Shown: positions 1 to 10,864 of the stretch, piece by piece
Layout of the letters: every line of letters begins with the position of its first letter
How positions within the stretch are numbered: position 1 is the first letter of the stretch
Source: Caecitellus pseudoparvulus
Taxonomy: Eukaryota; Protista; Bigyra: Bicosoecida
Reading direction: 5' to 3'
NCBI GenBank assembly: GCA_965644315.1
Contig: CBFFRQ010000031.1
Coordinates: 372,001-436,000 of the forward strand
Length of the DNA stretch: 64,000 nt
The notes under the pieces: generated by a model
What the model saw: the letters and a program-made list of their open reading frames with translations, nothing else
Told to the model about the DNA's origin: nothing
Databases searched by the model: none
Position numbers and translations under genes: made by a program

Positions 1-257
1 AGAACGGGACCGCTGCACACGGGCACAGCGCAAGCAGGCAGGGTCCGAGCACACGAAGGGATGGTACTTGTATTGTTTTGCTTGCCCCAACAGCCACGGC
101 TGCAGCGGGCGCCGTGGCGAGGGGGGTGCAGGGGGCCTGCAAACCCGCACCAACGCTGCCGTGGGTCTAGTGCGTTTCCGCCACGCCAGTGCCGGGTGCA
201 GTGGAAGGATGCCGCGCGCAGGCAGGGCGAGGCCTGCACGTTGGCTGGCGTGCGAGT

Positions 258-1334
258 CTACTTGCCACTGCGCTCAATGCTCAGCCCAGGGCCCTTCGCA
301 GCGTGCTCCTCCGCTTCCGCTTCACTCAGCACGGACAGCGTGTACTCTGCGTTGCTGAACTGCGGAAGCTGCACCTCCTCCCCCGCCGGGTTCAGCAGCG
401 CCAGGCGCAGAGTGAAGGTGCTGCCATGCCCAGCCACCACCTTGGGGTGCAGGTTTGTGATGAGGAAGGCTGACCAAGTGCGCAGGGTGCCAACGGGCTC
501 GCCGTTGACGTGCACGCGCACTGCGAAGCCATGCGGCTCGGCGTTCACCTCGCAGTTGTTCACGAAGAAGTCCACCAGCAGGCCCTCTGCTGGCGTCGCC
601 GTCACTTCCCCCGCCGCAGCAGGCACCAGGACGTCCACTGTGTTGCGCAGGGCTGCCGTGCTGATGGCCGCTCGGGGTGTGAGGAATGAAATGCACGGCA
701 GGCCAAACATGTACGGCCTGTGGCGGGCGCGGGGCGGGCGCTGCGTGGTGCCTTCACGCCTGCCTGCCGGGCTCCGCCCCCTGCTGCACTCACCGAGGGT
801 GGGCAGCTGTCTCGCCGGTGAAGCTGACGACGTAAAACTCCGCTTCCACAAACGCCATGGGGCTCTTCAGGCAGGTGTCGCTGCTGCCGTCCACCAGCAC
901 TGCCCGGAGGAAGTGGTGCCCTGCTGAGAGACCCCGCACCTCCACCCGGTTGCCGTGGCTGTGCACGGCGACGTCATTGTCCACCAGCACAGTGAGGTAG
1001 CCTTGCCCGCCCTGCGCGCAGAGGCCGCCAGAGCGCGGAGGGGGGGGGCTGCCGACATGCTTTGCGAGACAGTGCTCCCCTCGCGCCCTCACCTCCGACA
1101 CGTCGAAGCCGTCCACTTGGAAGTCCAAAAAGAAGTCGTGCGGCAAGGGGGCGCCCAGGTCGCTCAGCAGCGTCAGCGCCAGGGAGCTCTGTGCAGCGCA
1201 GGAGCGAGCCGGGGTTGCTGGCCTGCTGGGCAGGGGCACTCGGTTGTGCATCGCACCTCGTCCACCACAGCCTGCTGCGCGACGGGAAAGAGGGCCACCT
1301 GCTTGCCCTCGCCAGCAACTGTCGCTGCAGCCAT
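258..1334 (-). CDS. Uncharacterised protein, probably two Ig-like beta-sandwich domains (4 exons; introns 1189-1256, 1012-1092, 718-793)
   Basis: ATG in GCCATGG context at 1334. Three GT..CAG introns join MAAATVAGE.. / SSLALTLL..FDVSE / GGQGYLTVLVDN..GHHFLRAVLV..HPR / PYMFGLPCISF..VDFFVNN..SGK* in frame. Confidence 0.65.
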
Positions 1335-1520
1335 GGCGAAACGGCACGGTCACCGCTCGCAAACGCCAGCCCAGCCTCAAAAGTGCCACAGCACGCCCGT
1401 GGGGGAGAGGCTGCATCAATGGCGTGCGCTACCAAGCGTGCAGCGCTTGGGAGCTTTTGTGGATTGGGCGATCGGTGTGCATTGCTGGGAGGCGTGGGCC
1501 CGTTTCGCCCGCGTTTCGTC

Positions 1521-2861
1521 ATGCCCACACGCACGCGCAAGCGACCACGCACCTCCGAGCAGGGTGCCTTGGCAGCAGCACACTTCAAGTCTGCTTGGGC
1601 GGGAGTCATGTCCTTCCTAGGTCCCTTTGACGCAACCTGTGCCAGCTGGGTGTGCCGCACGCTGCAAGCCGCCTCGTGGAATCAGTGCGTGGTGGCCCAC
1701 GTTCAGCTGCCCTTCCCTGCAGACGAACCCCGCGCCCCTGCGCGCACCCACACCGCCCGCCGGGCCGTGTCCAGTGGGAACTCCCCCGCGCCTTGGCCAG
1801 TGCTGGACCGCCCCAGCAGCAGCCAGGTGTGGGGCTTCCTCAAGGCACGTGCACGAAAAGTGGACACCCTGCACCTCGACGGCGCAAACACAAGCTCGGA
1901 GCTCTGGCTGCAGTGCCTCAGTGTGGCCCAAAACGCGGCATCCCTGACGGCCTTGTGCGTGTCCCACCTGAACTCCGCCCTCATGGCGTGCCCGCTGCCT
2001 GTGCGCGCGCCGCGCCTGACCCTGCAACGCAGCCGGCTGGGTGACTCGGCCGTCGAATGGCTGGCCAGCCAGCTGGCCCCTGCCACCCATGCCTCCTTCC
2101 ACGATGTGCACCTGCTGCGCAGCGGCGATGACCACATCGAGACGCTGCTGGCTGGCGGGCAGAGCTTGCGGAGCTTGGAGATTCGAGACTGCTGCACTGC
2201 ATCGCCGCAGGACCGCCAGCTGACACCGCGCGCACTCACGAGCAGCCTCCTCAGCATTCTGCACCTGTGTCCCGGTCTGCACACCCTGCGCCTCACGCGC
2301 CTACACAAAGCCAGCGGTCCCGGCGCCAGCGTCGCACTGCGCCGCCCTGCAGCAGTGCACGAGCTGCGCAGTTTGAGCCTGCAACGCACGCCCCTCAGCG
2401 TTGCAGGCGTGCGCTCGGCCCTGAACCACGTGGGGAAGCAACTTCACTCCCTCACCATCAGCCACAGTCGCCTGCTCCCGAGTGACGGCGGCGAAGGGCT
2501 GCTGCAGTGCATTCTGACCAGCTGCCCGAAGCTGAAACGCTTGCACCTGGACTGCCTGCTGTACCTACGCGACGTGCACCTGCAGACGGACGTGAAGCAC
2601 CACCCACTGCAGCACTTGTCCATGATTGGCGCCCGTGCGGGTGCTGATGCCATCCTGCCAGCTGTCATGTGCATGCCGCAGCTTGCCACGCTGACCCTCA
2701 AGCGTTGCTCAGGCGTGACTCCGCACCTCCTGCAGGCACTGGGCGACGCCTGCCCTGCCCTGCGCCTTGTGGACGTGCACGGCTGCCGGTGCATGCTGGC
2801 GGCGGCAGCGGCGCAGCAAGTGGCGAGTGCCGTGCCGCCACGACTGGTTCTGCTGACGTGA
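1521..2861 (+). CDS. F-box/RNI-type leucine-rich repeat protein
   Basis: F-box-like N-terminus (WAGVMSFLGPFDATCASWVCR) followed by LxxLxL and CPxLxxLxL repeats. Start placed at ATG 1521 inside ORF 1062-2861. Confidence 0.7.
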   Translation: MPTRTRKRPRTSEQGALAAAHFKSAWAGVMSFLGPFDATCASWVCRTLQAASWNQCVVAHVQLPFPADEPRAPARTHTARRAVSSGNSPAPWPVLDRPSSSQVWGFLKARARKVDTLHLDGANTSSELWLQCLSVAQNAASLTALCVSHLNSALMACPLPVRAPRLTLQRSRLGDSAVEWLASQLAPATHASFHDVHLLRSGDDHIETLLAGGQSLRSLEIRDCCTASPQDRQLTPRALTSSLLSILHLCPGLHTLRLTRLHKASGPGASVALRRPAAVHELRSLSLQRTPLSVAGVRSALNHVGKQLHSLTISHSRLLPSDGGEGLLQCILTSCPKLKRLHLDCLLYLRDVHLQTDVKHHPLQHLSMIGARAGADAILPAVMCMPQLATLTLKRCSGVTPHLLQALGDACPALRLVDVHGCRCMLAAAAAQQVASAVPPRLVLLT

Positions 2862-2880
2862 GCCCCACCCCCCCTGGGCT

Positions 2881-4833
2881 TCACCGCCCACGCCCCCCCA
2901 TCATCCCGATGGCTGACGCCGTCATGATGGCCTCTCGCTGCACCGTGCTCATGCGGCGACCTGCCTTGGGCCGGCGCAAGCTGGCTTTCGCCGCCTCCAT
3001 ATACGCCGCGTGGTCTGCGCTCCCCCCCTCCTCACCCGGGGGCGCACTGTTCATAGGCTTGGCACGGCCAGGCCGCCCCTCCGCCGCCGCCTGCCGCCGC
3101 TGCAGCGCTTCACGGGGCGTCTCAAGCGCTGAGTGCATGCCTTGCAGCACACCCGCCATGTCCACAACCGTGTCCGCCCCCACTCGCACAGTGGCAGCTC
3201 CAGGCAGCGCTGCCAGCGCCGCCTGCGCCGCTTGCAGCCTCAAACTGCTCGCGTTGGCTCGAATCCACTCCTCATCCTCGGCAGCAGCGGCAGCGGCGGC
3301 GGCGGCGGCAGCCTCTTCAGCCAGGCGTGCCTCTTCCGCTGCCTCTGCTTCAGCTGCCGCCCGCCGTGCTGCTGCCGTAATACGTTCGTACAGGTGCCGC
3401 CGGTGCAGGGCAGCGATGATGGAGGCATGGCCGCCGGCTGCTGCTGCTCGAAGTGGCCCCGCCAGGCTCAAGTTCCCACTGCTGCAGCCAAACATGTCCA
3501 TACCGTGTGTGGGCCAGAGAGTGGCGCCCTGCGCAGAGTCATGCCCCGCACTGAGCAGAGCCCCTGTGAGGGGCGCCGCAGACTGCCCTGCCAAGACTCG
3601 CGCCAGCTCAGCGCGCCGGGCGTCTGAGCCGGGGACATGGGACACTGCGCCGGTGTAGCCCCGCTCCGACCTGGAGCGCTGGTCCCAGGCCTTGCCGAAG
3701 TCACTGCGGTCACGGGGGATGTCGGCCACCCTCACCTCCAGGCGGGCGTCGCCCAGCAGCGCCGTGACCAGGCCCGCCTGTCCTGTCCACGCCGCGTGGG
3801 CCAGGGCCAGGTGTCCCCCCGCGCTGGGGTCCACACCTGGGTGTGCAAGCAGCACACGCAGGAGGGCGTCGTGGTGCAGGGCTGCGGCCAGGCGCAGAGG
3901 CAGGTCGCGCTCGCCGCCCACTGGGCAGGCGTCCTCCTGCAGCAGACGCCGAGCAGTGGACACGTGCCCCCCCTTGCAGGCAGCCACGAGGGCCAAGTGC
4001 AGGTGGGCAGGGGACGGCTTCAGGTCGGTGTGCTGCAGCAGCTCCTGCACGCAGGCGTCGTGGCCGCCCTGTGCTGCGCGGGTGAGGGCGCGGAAGTCAC
4101 AGGCCATCGGGTCGAACTCCCGCCGGCCCAGCTTGGACAGGAACAGACGCAGGACAGGAAGGTGGCCGCCCCCAGCGGCCTCTGCGACAGCCCGGCTGCC
4201 CTGCGCCTTGAGCTGCACGCGTGGATCCCGCAGCAGCAGCGTGCAGACGTCCAGAGCCCCAGCGCGCGCCGCTGCGATGAGGGCCGTGCCGCCGCCAGCG
4301 CCAGCCGGGCTGGCACCCGTGCTCAGAAACGCCAGCAGCGCGTCACAGCTGCCGCGCTCACAGGCAGCAATGACTGCTTGCTCAGCTGCAGCGCTCTCTG
4401 CGTCGTACGCAGCGTGGCTGGTGAGCTTGCGCAGCGTGGACGGCTGCAGCTTCCCAGCTGCAAGCGGCAGTGCCTGAGCCAGCGGCACAGCTGAGCTGGC
4501 ACAGCGCAGCAGCGTCGCCACTGCGCCGTCGTTGCCTTGCATGCACGCCCAAATGAATGGCTTGGACACCACCTCTGGTGGCAGTGCCCGCCGGCGCTTC
4601 AGGGCCTCCACCAGCGCTGTGAAGAGGGCAGGGGGTGCGCCCGTCGCAGCGGCCAGGATTGCAGCATATGCAGCATGCGGCAAGCCCTCGACGAGGCACG
4701 CCTGCAGTGCTGAAAGCGCAGCCCCCGCGTCATGGTCGCTGACTGCTTGATCCAGACGCTCCAAATTCGTCTGCCCCACCGTGCGCCGGACATACTCCGG
4801 CGTGGACAGGCTGCTGGCCTGCCCTGCTGCCAT
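2881..4833 (-). CDS. Ankyrin-repeat protein with C-terminal Ala/Glu coiled coil
   Basis: Many ankyrin-like units (ALIAAARAGALDVCTLLL, ALTRAAQGGHDACVQELL, PLRAAAAGGHASIIAAL). Start at MAAGQASS. Confidence 0.85.
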   Translation of the reverse strand: MAAGQASSLSTPEYVRRTVGQTNLERLDQAVSDHDAGAALSALQACLVEGLPHAAYAAILAAATGAPPALFTALVEALKRRRALPPEVVSKPFIWACMQGNDGAVATLLRCASSAVPLAQALPLAAGKLQPSTLRKLTSHAAYDAESAAAEQAVIAACERGSCDALLAFLSTGASPAGAGGGTALIAAARAGALDVCTLLLRDPRVQLKAQGSRAVAEAAGGGHLPVLRLFLSKLGRREFDPMACDFRALTRAAQGGHDACVQELLQHTDLKPSPAHLHLALVAACKGGHVSTARRLLQEDACPVGGERDLPLRLAAALHHDALLRVLLAHPGVDPSAGGHLALAHAAWTGQAGLVTALLGDARLEVRVADIPRDRSDFGKAWDQRSRSERGYTGAVSHVPGSDARRAELARVLAGQSAAPLTGALLSAGHDSAQGATLWPTHGMDMFGCSSGNLSLAGPLRAAAAGGHASIIAALHRRHLYERITAAARRAAAEAEAAEEARLAEEAAAAAAAAAAAEDEEWIRANASSLRLQAAQAALAALPGAATVRVGADTVVDMAGVLQGMHSALETPREALQRRQAAAEGRPGRAKPMNSAPPGEEGGSADHAAYMEAAKASLRRPKAGRRMSTVQREAIMTASAIGMMGGRGR

Positions 4834-5181
4834 GTTGCCGCGGTCCGCGTGCCACACCACCGGGAAGCAGCAATCGCCACAGGCAGGCCAAGGAGAGTAG
4901 CGTCTCGTCAAGTCCTAGCAATCAGCAGCTCCTGGCATTTGCACAGCACCCACGACTCCACACGATGCTGCCGCACACCGACTGCTCAAAAGCCGCACGG
5001 CCTGCCCGCACACACACCGCCTCCTCGCACTTTCCCGTGAACCCGAGCCTCTCAGCACACCTTGCATCTGCTTGCAGTTGTTGTGGTCTCGTCATCCGTG
5101 CGTACACGCGCCGTGTCTGCGCGGCGCAGGCCGCCCTGCACGCTCTGTCTCCCCTCGTGCAGGCACACACCAGCACCAACC

Positions 5182-5570
5182 ATGCCTCACCTCTGGAACA
5201 CCCACCCCCGCACTTACGGCTCCGGCTCCCGTTCTTGGTGAGTGGCTAGCTAGCAAGTCGGCCCTGCACAGCACCTTTTGCACCCGTGCGCCGCCTCCCC
5301 CCTTCGCAGCCGCGTGTGCGGCGCCCGCCAGGGTGCGTTTTTGCTGCACCATACCTCCGCCCAAACCACGTCCCTGCATTGCTGCCGCCCCACCCCGCCC
5401 CGCGCCTGCAGGTCTGATCCGCAAGTACCGCATGTTCATCTGCCGTCGCTGCTTCCGTGAGCAGGCCACCCACATTGGCTTCACCAAGGTACGCAGGCCC
5501 CCTCCGCGTTCCGAGCTCAGAGCCGCAGCCCTGCACCTACACATGCTGTCTGTCCGCGCAGTTCCGGTGA
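5182..5570 (+). CDS. RPS29: 40S ribosomal protein S29/uS14 (exons 5182-5237, 5310-5332, 5412-5488, 5562-5570)
   Basis: Spliced product [54 protein letters not shown] has the CxxC..CxxC zinc motif; all three introns are GT..CAG. Confidence 0.97.
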
Positions 5571-5823
5571 GCGGGGCCTCTCAGACGCAGGCAGACTGGT
5601 TTTCATGTCCAGCTGAATGCAATCTAGCGGTTCTGCACGGTGCCCGGCGTGGGCGCGGGCGTGGGTGTGGAGCGTGGTCTCGGCTGGTGCACTGCCTTGG
5701 CAGGCGCCGCCTGGACCTCTGCCTGCGCCCTCGCCCAAGGCCCTCCCCGGCACGCCACTCACTTCACACACTCTCTTGACACACTGCCTTGTACTTCTGC
5801 ATGCATTGGTGTGCGGGGTGGAC

Positions 5824-7341
5824 CTATTCGACCAAGCCGTAGATGATGCCGACGGTGCTGCCGATGCAGACAGCGGCGCCGACGATGAAGACGAGGATTG
5901 CAACCGGGATGTCCCCCACAAACTCCTGGGGCGCGCCGTGTTTCAGGCGCAGGAGCAGGAAGAAGGCGGCAGGGAAGCAGTACATGACGTTGGTGGCGGT
6001 GAGGCTGCCCGTCAGGCCAAACACGACGCTGACCTTGGGCACGGTGATGCCCACGACGGCGGTGGCCAGGGCAATGCCGATGGCCTGCCCGATGCGGTGC
6101 CAGTGCGTCGGCTCCACGCCAGCGAAGCCGAAGTTGTGCACGGACTGGCGCAGGGCGATGGCGATGACGGGGAAGGAGAAGATGATGACGAGGGCGTACG
6201 CGAGCTTGATCCACACGAACCAGGGGAAGGACGAGTGCGTGAAGTTCTTCAGCACGTCCTGCAGCGTGCCAGCCCGGAAGAGGGAGTACCCGAACACGGA
6301 CTGCAGGATGTACAGCGTCGCGCACAGCACGAGGGCCACACGCATGCCGTCCAGCATCTTGTTGCGCTTGGAGCCCCAGCGGGAGCCACGCCCCTCCCGT
6401 CCCCGCCGGCGCAGCTCCCCGTACAGCAGCAGCGCCGTGTTGTGCACGACGAAGGAGAAGAAGACGATGGGCACGCTCTGCAGGAAGCCGATGGCGCCCT
6501 TGGTGTCGTGGGCGGGCCACAGGTGCATGGGCTCGTGGCGGGTGGCTGGGTTGGGGTAGGACGCCGGGTGCAGGGCGGCGTGGATGCCCAGGGCGGTGGT
6601 GGTGATGACCAGCACCATCACGAACAGCATGGCCAGCAGGGACGTGTGCCGGAGGAAGTCCAGCTTGGGCAGCGCCGAGAGCGGCAGGAAGATGGCGCCC
6701 GACACGATGCACAGCAAGAAGGTGCGGTTGGTGACGATGCCCCCTGCGCCGAAGTCAGTCATGATGCTGGGCAGCAGGTCCCCCAGGATGACCACGTACC
6801 CCGTGCACAGCCCGAAGTTCTGCAGCAGCACCGTGAGGTCCACGGCCTTGGACATGCGCCACCCCAGCAGCTTGTCGCCGATCTGCGCGTACAGCCGGGA
6901 CCGCGTCTGGTCAGCGCAGTACAGCAGCATGAGCAGGGAGCGCTCCCCCAGGGCGGCCACCATGACGATCATGATGGCGCCCAGGATCGTGCCGTCTTGC
7001 TTCAGGGAGAAGGGCAGCGCCAGAATGCCCCCGCCCAGAATGCCGTTCACAGCGTTGAAGATGGTGCCTCGCAGGGTGGCCCCGGCCGTCGTCACCTTGC
7101 CCTCCTCTTCCCCCTCCTCTCCGCCCATGGCAAACACCATGCCGTTGGCAGAGAGGGAGGCTTGCTGCCGCACAGGCCAGGGTGTCCCCGGCGTGGAAGG
7201 CATGTCAGACTCAGACCCTGACAGCAGGGGCGCCTGGGCAGAGCCCGGGCCGCCCTCGCTCAAGCTGGATGCCTGCATGGTCTGGTCGTCTTTCGATTGG
7301 GACGAGCTGGCAGCGACGCCCATGCTGGCTGCGCCTTGCAC
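5824..7341 (-). CDS. Amino acid transporter, AAAP/SLC38 family
   Basis: IFNAVNGILGGGILALPF TM1 motif, about 11 hydrophobic segments, VFGLTGS..FPA C-terminal motif. Confidence 0.92.
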   Translation of the reverse strand: MQGAASMGVAASSSQSKDDQTMQASSLSEGGPGSAQAPLLSGSESDMPSTPGTPWPVRQQASLSANGMVFAMGGEEGEEEGKVTTAGATLRGTIFNAVNGILGGGILALPFSLKQDGTILGAIMIVMVAALGERSLLMLLYCADQTRSRLYAQIGDKLLGWRMSKAVDLTVLLQNFGLCTGYVVILGDLLPSIMTDFGAGGIVTNRTFLLCIVSGAIFLPLSALPKLDFLRHTSLLAMLFVMVLVITTTALGIHAALHPASYPNPATRHEPMHLWPAHDTKGAIGFLQSVPIVFFSFVVHNTALLLYGELRRRGREGRGSRWGSKRNKMLDGMRVALVLCATLYILQSVFGYSLFRAGTLQDVLKNFTHSSFPWFVWIKLAYALVIIFSFPVIAIALRQSVHNFGFAGVEPTHWHRIGQAIGIALATAVVGITVPKVSVVFGLTGSLTATNVMYCFPAAFFLLLRLKHGAPQEFVGDIPVAILVFIVGAAVCIGSTVGIIYGLVE

Positions 7342-7778
7342 ACCAGGTCAGAAGGTGTGCTCTCTGCCAAGTGCAGTGCACCACCAGTTCTGGCTTGCTC
7401 GGCAGGGGCCCCTTCAATGCACGCAGGATGCACCAGCGCCCAGGAGAGAAGCACAGGGAGTCAGGCTGACACCATGCACTGGCAGGGCGTGAGTTGACAT
7501 CCCCAAAAAATTTGCCCCCTGCCCAACACTGGCGCGCCCGCAGCAAGCACTCGCACAAGGAGAGGAGCCAGGCCTTTGGCAGACCTCACGAGACACAGTT
7601 GGCCGTGGTGCAGACAAAACACACTTGCGCGCTGCAAGGTGGGACTCAGGGATTTGGCCCGTGTTGTGAGCTCCTCGGCCCCATCCCTGTACCACCGCCA
7701 GAGACAGCACGCTTTCGGGTGAATGGCAGTGCGGTATTTGCTCCTGGCCTGTGCCTTCGAAACGGCTCCAAGCGCAGC

Positions 7779-10700
7779 ATGAAACTGAAGACCTTCAAGG
7801 TCTCCACGGGGCGCCCCAGCATTCACAAGCGCGCTCTTGGGGGCGCCAAGCGCCCACGGCCTGAAGGGGAGTCCCTGGACGCGTCGGCAGTCTCGCACGC
7901 TCCGGGACCGGCATCGACACAGACGGCACACGCTGCAGAGGCGCCTGCGCCCTCGGCAGCTCCGCCTGCTGAGGAGAGCAAGGCAGCGAAGCGAGCCAAG
8001 CGCCTCGCTCGTCTGAAGGCTCTGAAGTCCAAGGGTGCTTTCGCTGACAAAGGCACTGCGCCCGTCGTGGCCCTCGCTGCTCCCGGCCAGCGCCCACGTG
8101 ACGCACCTGCTGCCCCCACCACCGCACCAGGCTTCGGAGACGACGATGACGACGAGGCTAGTGAAAGTGCTGCCAAGGCGCGCGCAGGGAGTCTCTTGAG
8201 TTGGGCACAGGAGGAGGAAGGCGGCGACGGTGCACCCGCCCCGGCACCGAAGCCGGCCACCCCCCCCAGTGCCGCTGCAAGTGACGAGCTGGAGGCATAC
8301 ATGGCTGGCATTCGGGCAGAGGCAGGGGTGGACCTGGGCGGCCCTGGCATCGCAGGCGGCACGGCGGTGACGCTGGAGGACATCATGGCCCAGGAGGGGG
8401 GGGACGCCGGCGGCAGTGGCGGGGATGAGGGGGGCGTGGATGCCGCCGCCTTCACAGCGGCGCTCAAGGCGGGCCTGGCGGGGGAGGACGCGTCCTCCCC
8501 CGCCCCTGCACCAGCCCGTGCCCGCGCTGTGGAGGTGTTGGAGGGGGACGACGACCTCATGGACGACGCAGAGGTGATGGCCAGCACCAGCTCCAAGTCC
8601 GCTCTGGAGCTGCTGCGGGAGAAAATGGCCAAGAAGGACCTCAAGCCGGTAGACCACGCAGCCATGGACTACCCCGCCTTCCGCAAGGCGTTCTACATCG
8701 AGGCGCCCGACGTGGCGGCGCAGACGGCTGAGGAGGTGGCGCAGGCCCGGAAGGGCATGGAGATGGCGGTGCGGGGGCGGGACGTGCCCAAGCCCATCTT
8801 CGAGTGGGAGCACGCAGGCCTCAGCGCGCGGGTGATGCAGGCGCTGGAGGCGGGGGGCTTCCCCACCCCCTTCGCCATCCAGCGGCAGGCTCTGCCCGCC
8901 ATCATGTCCGGCCGGGACGTCATCGGCATCGCCAAGACCGGCAGCGGCAAGACGCTGGCGTACCTCCTGCCCATGCTGCGGCACATCCTGGACCAGCCTC
9001 CCGTGGCGGATGCCGAAGGGCCCGTTGGGCTCATCATGGTGCCGGCGCGGGAGCTGGCCATGCAGGTGTACAGCGCAGCCAAGCGCTTCTGCAAGGCCCT
9101 GGGCATGTCCATCGTGCCAGTGTACGGCGGAGCCAGCGTGGCAGAGCAAATCGCGGGGCTGAAGCGCGGCTGCCACATCGTCGTCTGCACGCCAGGGCGC
9201 CTCATTGACATCCTCACCATGAACTCGGGGCGCACGCTGTCCCTAGCCCGCGTGACATACCTGGTGCTGGACGAAGCCGACCGCATGTTTGACATGGGCT
9301 TCGAGCCACAGGTGGCGCGCATCGTCCGCAACACGCGCCCGGACAGGCAAACCGTCATGTTCTCCGCCACCTTTCCCTCCCACGTGGAGAGCTTGGCCAA
9401 GAAAGTGCTGGGGGCCCCCATCGAAATCGTCGTGGGGGGACGCAGCGTCTCGTCGGGGGACATTGACCAGCACGTGGAGATGGTGACGGAGGGTGGCAAG
9501 TTCAAGCGCCTGCTGAAGTGGATGGGGCAGTACTTTGACAAGGGCTGCGTGCTGGTGTTCGTGGACACGCAGGAGCGCTGCGACGGGCTGTTCGCAAAGC
9601 TGCTGGGGGCAGGGTACCCCTCCCTCTCGCTGCACGGCGGGAAGGACCAGTTTGACCGCGACTCCAGCATCGCGGACTTCAAGAACAAGGTGCGCCGGGT
9701 GATGGTGGCCACCAGCGTCGCGGGCCGAGGGCTGGACGTCAAGGACTTGGTGCTGGTGGTGAACTACAGCTGCCCCAACCACATGGAGGACTACGTGCAC
9801 CGCATCGGGCGCACGGGGCGCGCTGGCAAGAAGGGCACCGCCGTCACCTTCATCACGCCAGACGACGCGCAGTACGCGCCAGACATCGCCCGCGCCCTGC
9901 GCCAGAGCAAGCAAGAGGTGCCGCCTGCCCTGGCCGACATGGCGGCCAAGCACACCAAGGCGGTGAAGGCGGGGGAGGCTCGCAAGCGCCGCAGTGGGTA
10001 CGCCACCAAGGGCCACCGCTTCGACGGCACAGAGCTGAACGAGACGCAGTGGCTGGATCTGCTGCAGCGGCTGCGCGCCGGCGTGGCTGCTGGCACAGTG
10101 CACCCAGCCGAGCTGGACGAGTCTGAGGCAGAGTACAAGGCTTGGCGAGACAAGCAGGCCCCAGCTGACCGTGTGCATGCCAATGCCGCCGCTGGGGGTG
10201 GCGGGGAGGGTGGCGCAGTCGCCGCCTCCGACCAACCAGCCCGTGTGGTGGACAAGACGGCTGTGGCCCTTGCCAAAGCCAAGCTGGCCGCCATTACGAA
10301 GGCCGCTTCGGTGGGCAAGGCGACGCAGGAGGACGTGTCCAGCGCCAAGGCCGCCCTGGACGTCGCTGAGAAGGGCGTTGTGGAGGTGAAGGTGGACGAA
10401 GCGGCGGCGCAGGCTGCGAGGGCGGCCGCAGCGGGCGTCGCTGCCACCATCCAGAGCTCCCTCGGACTCACAGCTGCCTCGGGCATTGGGCAGAAGGCTG
10501 CTTTCAGCGCGGATCTAGAGATCAACGACTACCCCCAGAAGGCCCGCTTCCGCATCCAGAAGTCTGAGACGCTGCGGTACATTTATGAGCACACGGGCTG
10601 CGGCGTCACGAAGCGCGGCATGTTCTTCGCGCCTGGGCGCCGCCCCGGGCCAGGGGAGGAGAAGCTCTCCCTGCACATCGAAGGAGACAGCGAGAAGTCC

Positions 10701-10799
10701 GTCATGGCTGCCAAGTACGAGCTGCGCCGCATCCTGGAGGAGACCACCATGAGCGTGACGTACGACGCAGACGAGTACGCCCGCATGATGATGTCCTGA
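7779..10799 (+). CDS. DDX46: DEAD-box RNA helicase DDX46/Prp5
   Basis: AKTGSGKT, LDEADRMFDMGFEPQ, SAT and HRIGRTGRAG motifs; family-specific LKPVDH..Y..FRKAFY and C-terminal LEINDYPQKAR KH-like domain. Start codon uncertain. Confidence 0.95.
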   Translation: MKLKTFKVSTGRPSIHKRALGGAKRPRPEGESLDASAVSHAPGPASTQTAHAAEAPAPSAAPPAEESKAAKRAKRLARLKALKSKGAFADKGTAPVVALAAPGQRPRDAPAAPTTAPGFGDDDDDEASESAAKARAGSLLSWAQEEEGGDGAPAPAPKPATPPSAAASDELEAYMAGIRAEAGVDLGGPGIAGGTAVTLEDIMAQEGGDAGGSGGDEGGVDAAAFTAALKAGLAGEDASSPAPAPARARAVEVLEGDDDLMDDAEVMASTSSKSALELLREKMAKKDLKPVDHAAMDYPAFRKAFYIEAPDVAAQTAEEVAQARKGMEMAVRGRDVPKPIFEWEHAGLSARVMQALEAGGFPTPFAIQRQALPAIMSGRDVIGIAKTGSGKTLAYLLPMLRHILDQPPVADAEGPVGLIMVPARELAMQVYSAAKRFCKALGMSIVPVYGGASVAEQIAGLKRGCHIVVCTPGRLIDILTMNSGRTLSLARVTYLVLDEADRMFDMGFEPQVARIVRNTRPDRQTVMFSATFPSHVESLAKKVLGAPIEIVVGGRSVSSGDIDQHVEMVTEGGKFKRLLKWMGQYFDKGCVLVFVDTQERCDGLFAKLLGAGYPSLSLHGGKDQFDRDSSIADFKNKVRRVMVATSVAGRGLDVKDLVLVVNYSCPNHMEDYVHRIGRTGRAGKKGTAVTFITPDDAQYAPDIARALRQSKQEVPPALADMAAKHTKAVKAGEARKRRSGYATKGHRFDGTELNETQWLDLLQRLRAGVAAGTVHPAELDESEAEYKAWRDKQAPADRVHANAAAGGGGEGGAVAASDQPARVVDKTAVALAKAKLAAITKAASVGKATQEDVSSAKAALDVAEKGVVEVKVDEAAAQAARAAAAGVAATIQSSLGLTAASGIGQKAAFSADLEINDYPQKARFRIQKSETLRYIYEHTGCGVTKRGMFFAPGRRPGPGEEKLSLHIEGDSEKSVMAAKYELRRILEETTMSVTYDADEYARMMMS

Positions 10800-10864
10800 C
10801 GCAGGCGGCAAGCAAGCAATGCATTGCACACGCGCAGCAGACAGGGACACTCGCCTCCACTGCA

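Noticed and set aside
3279-3312. GCG/GCA trinucleotide run
   Set aside because: Encodes poly-Ala within the ankyrin protein's coiled coil; not an independent repeat.
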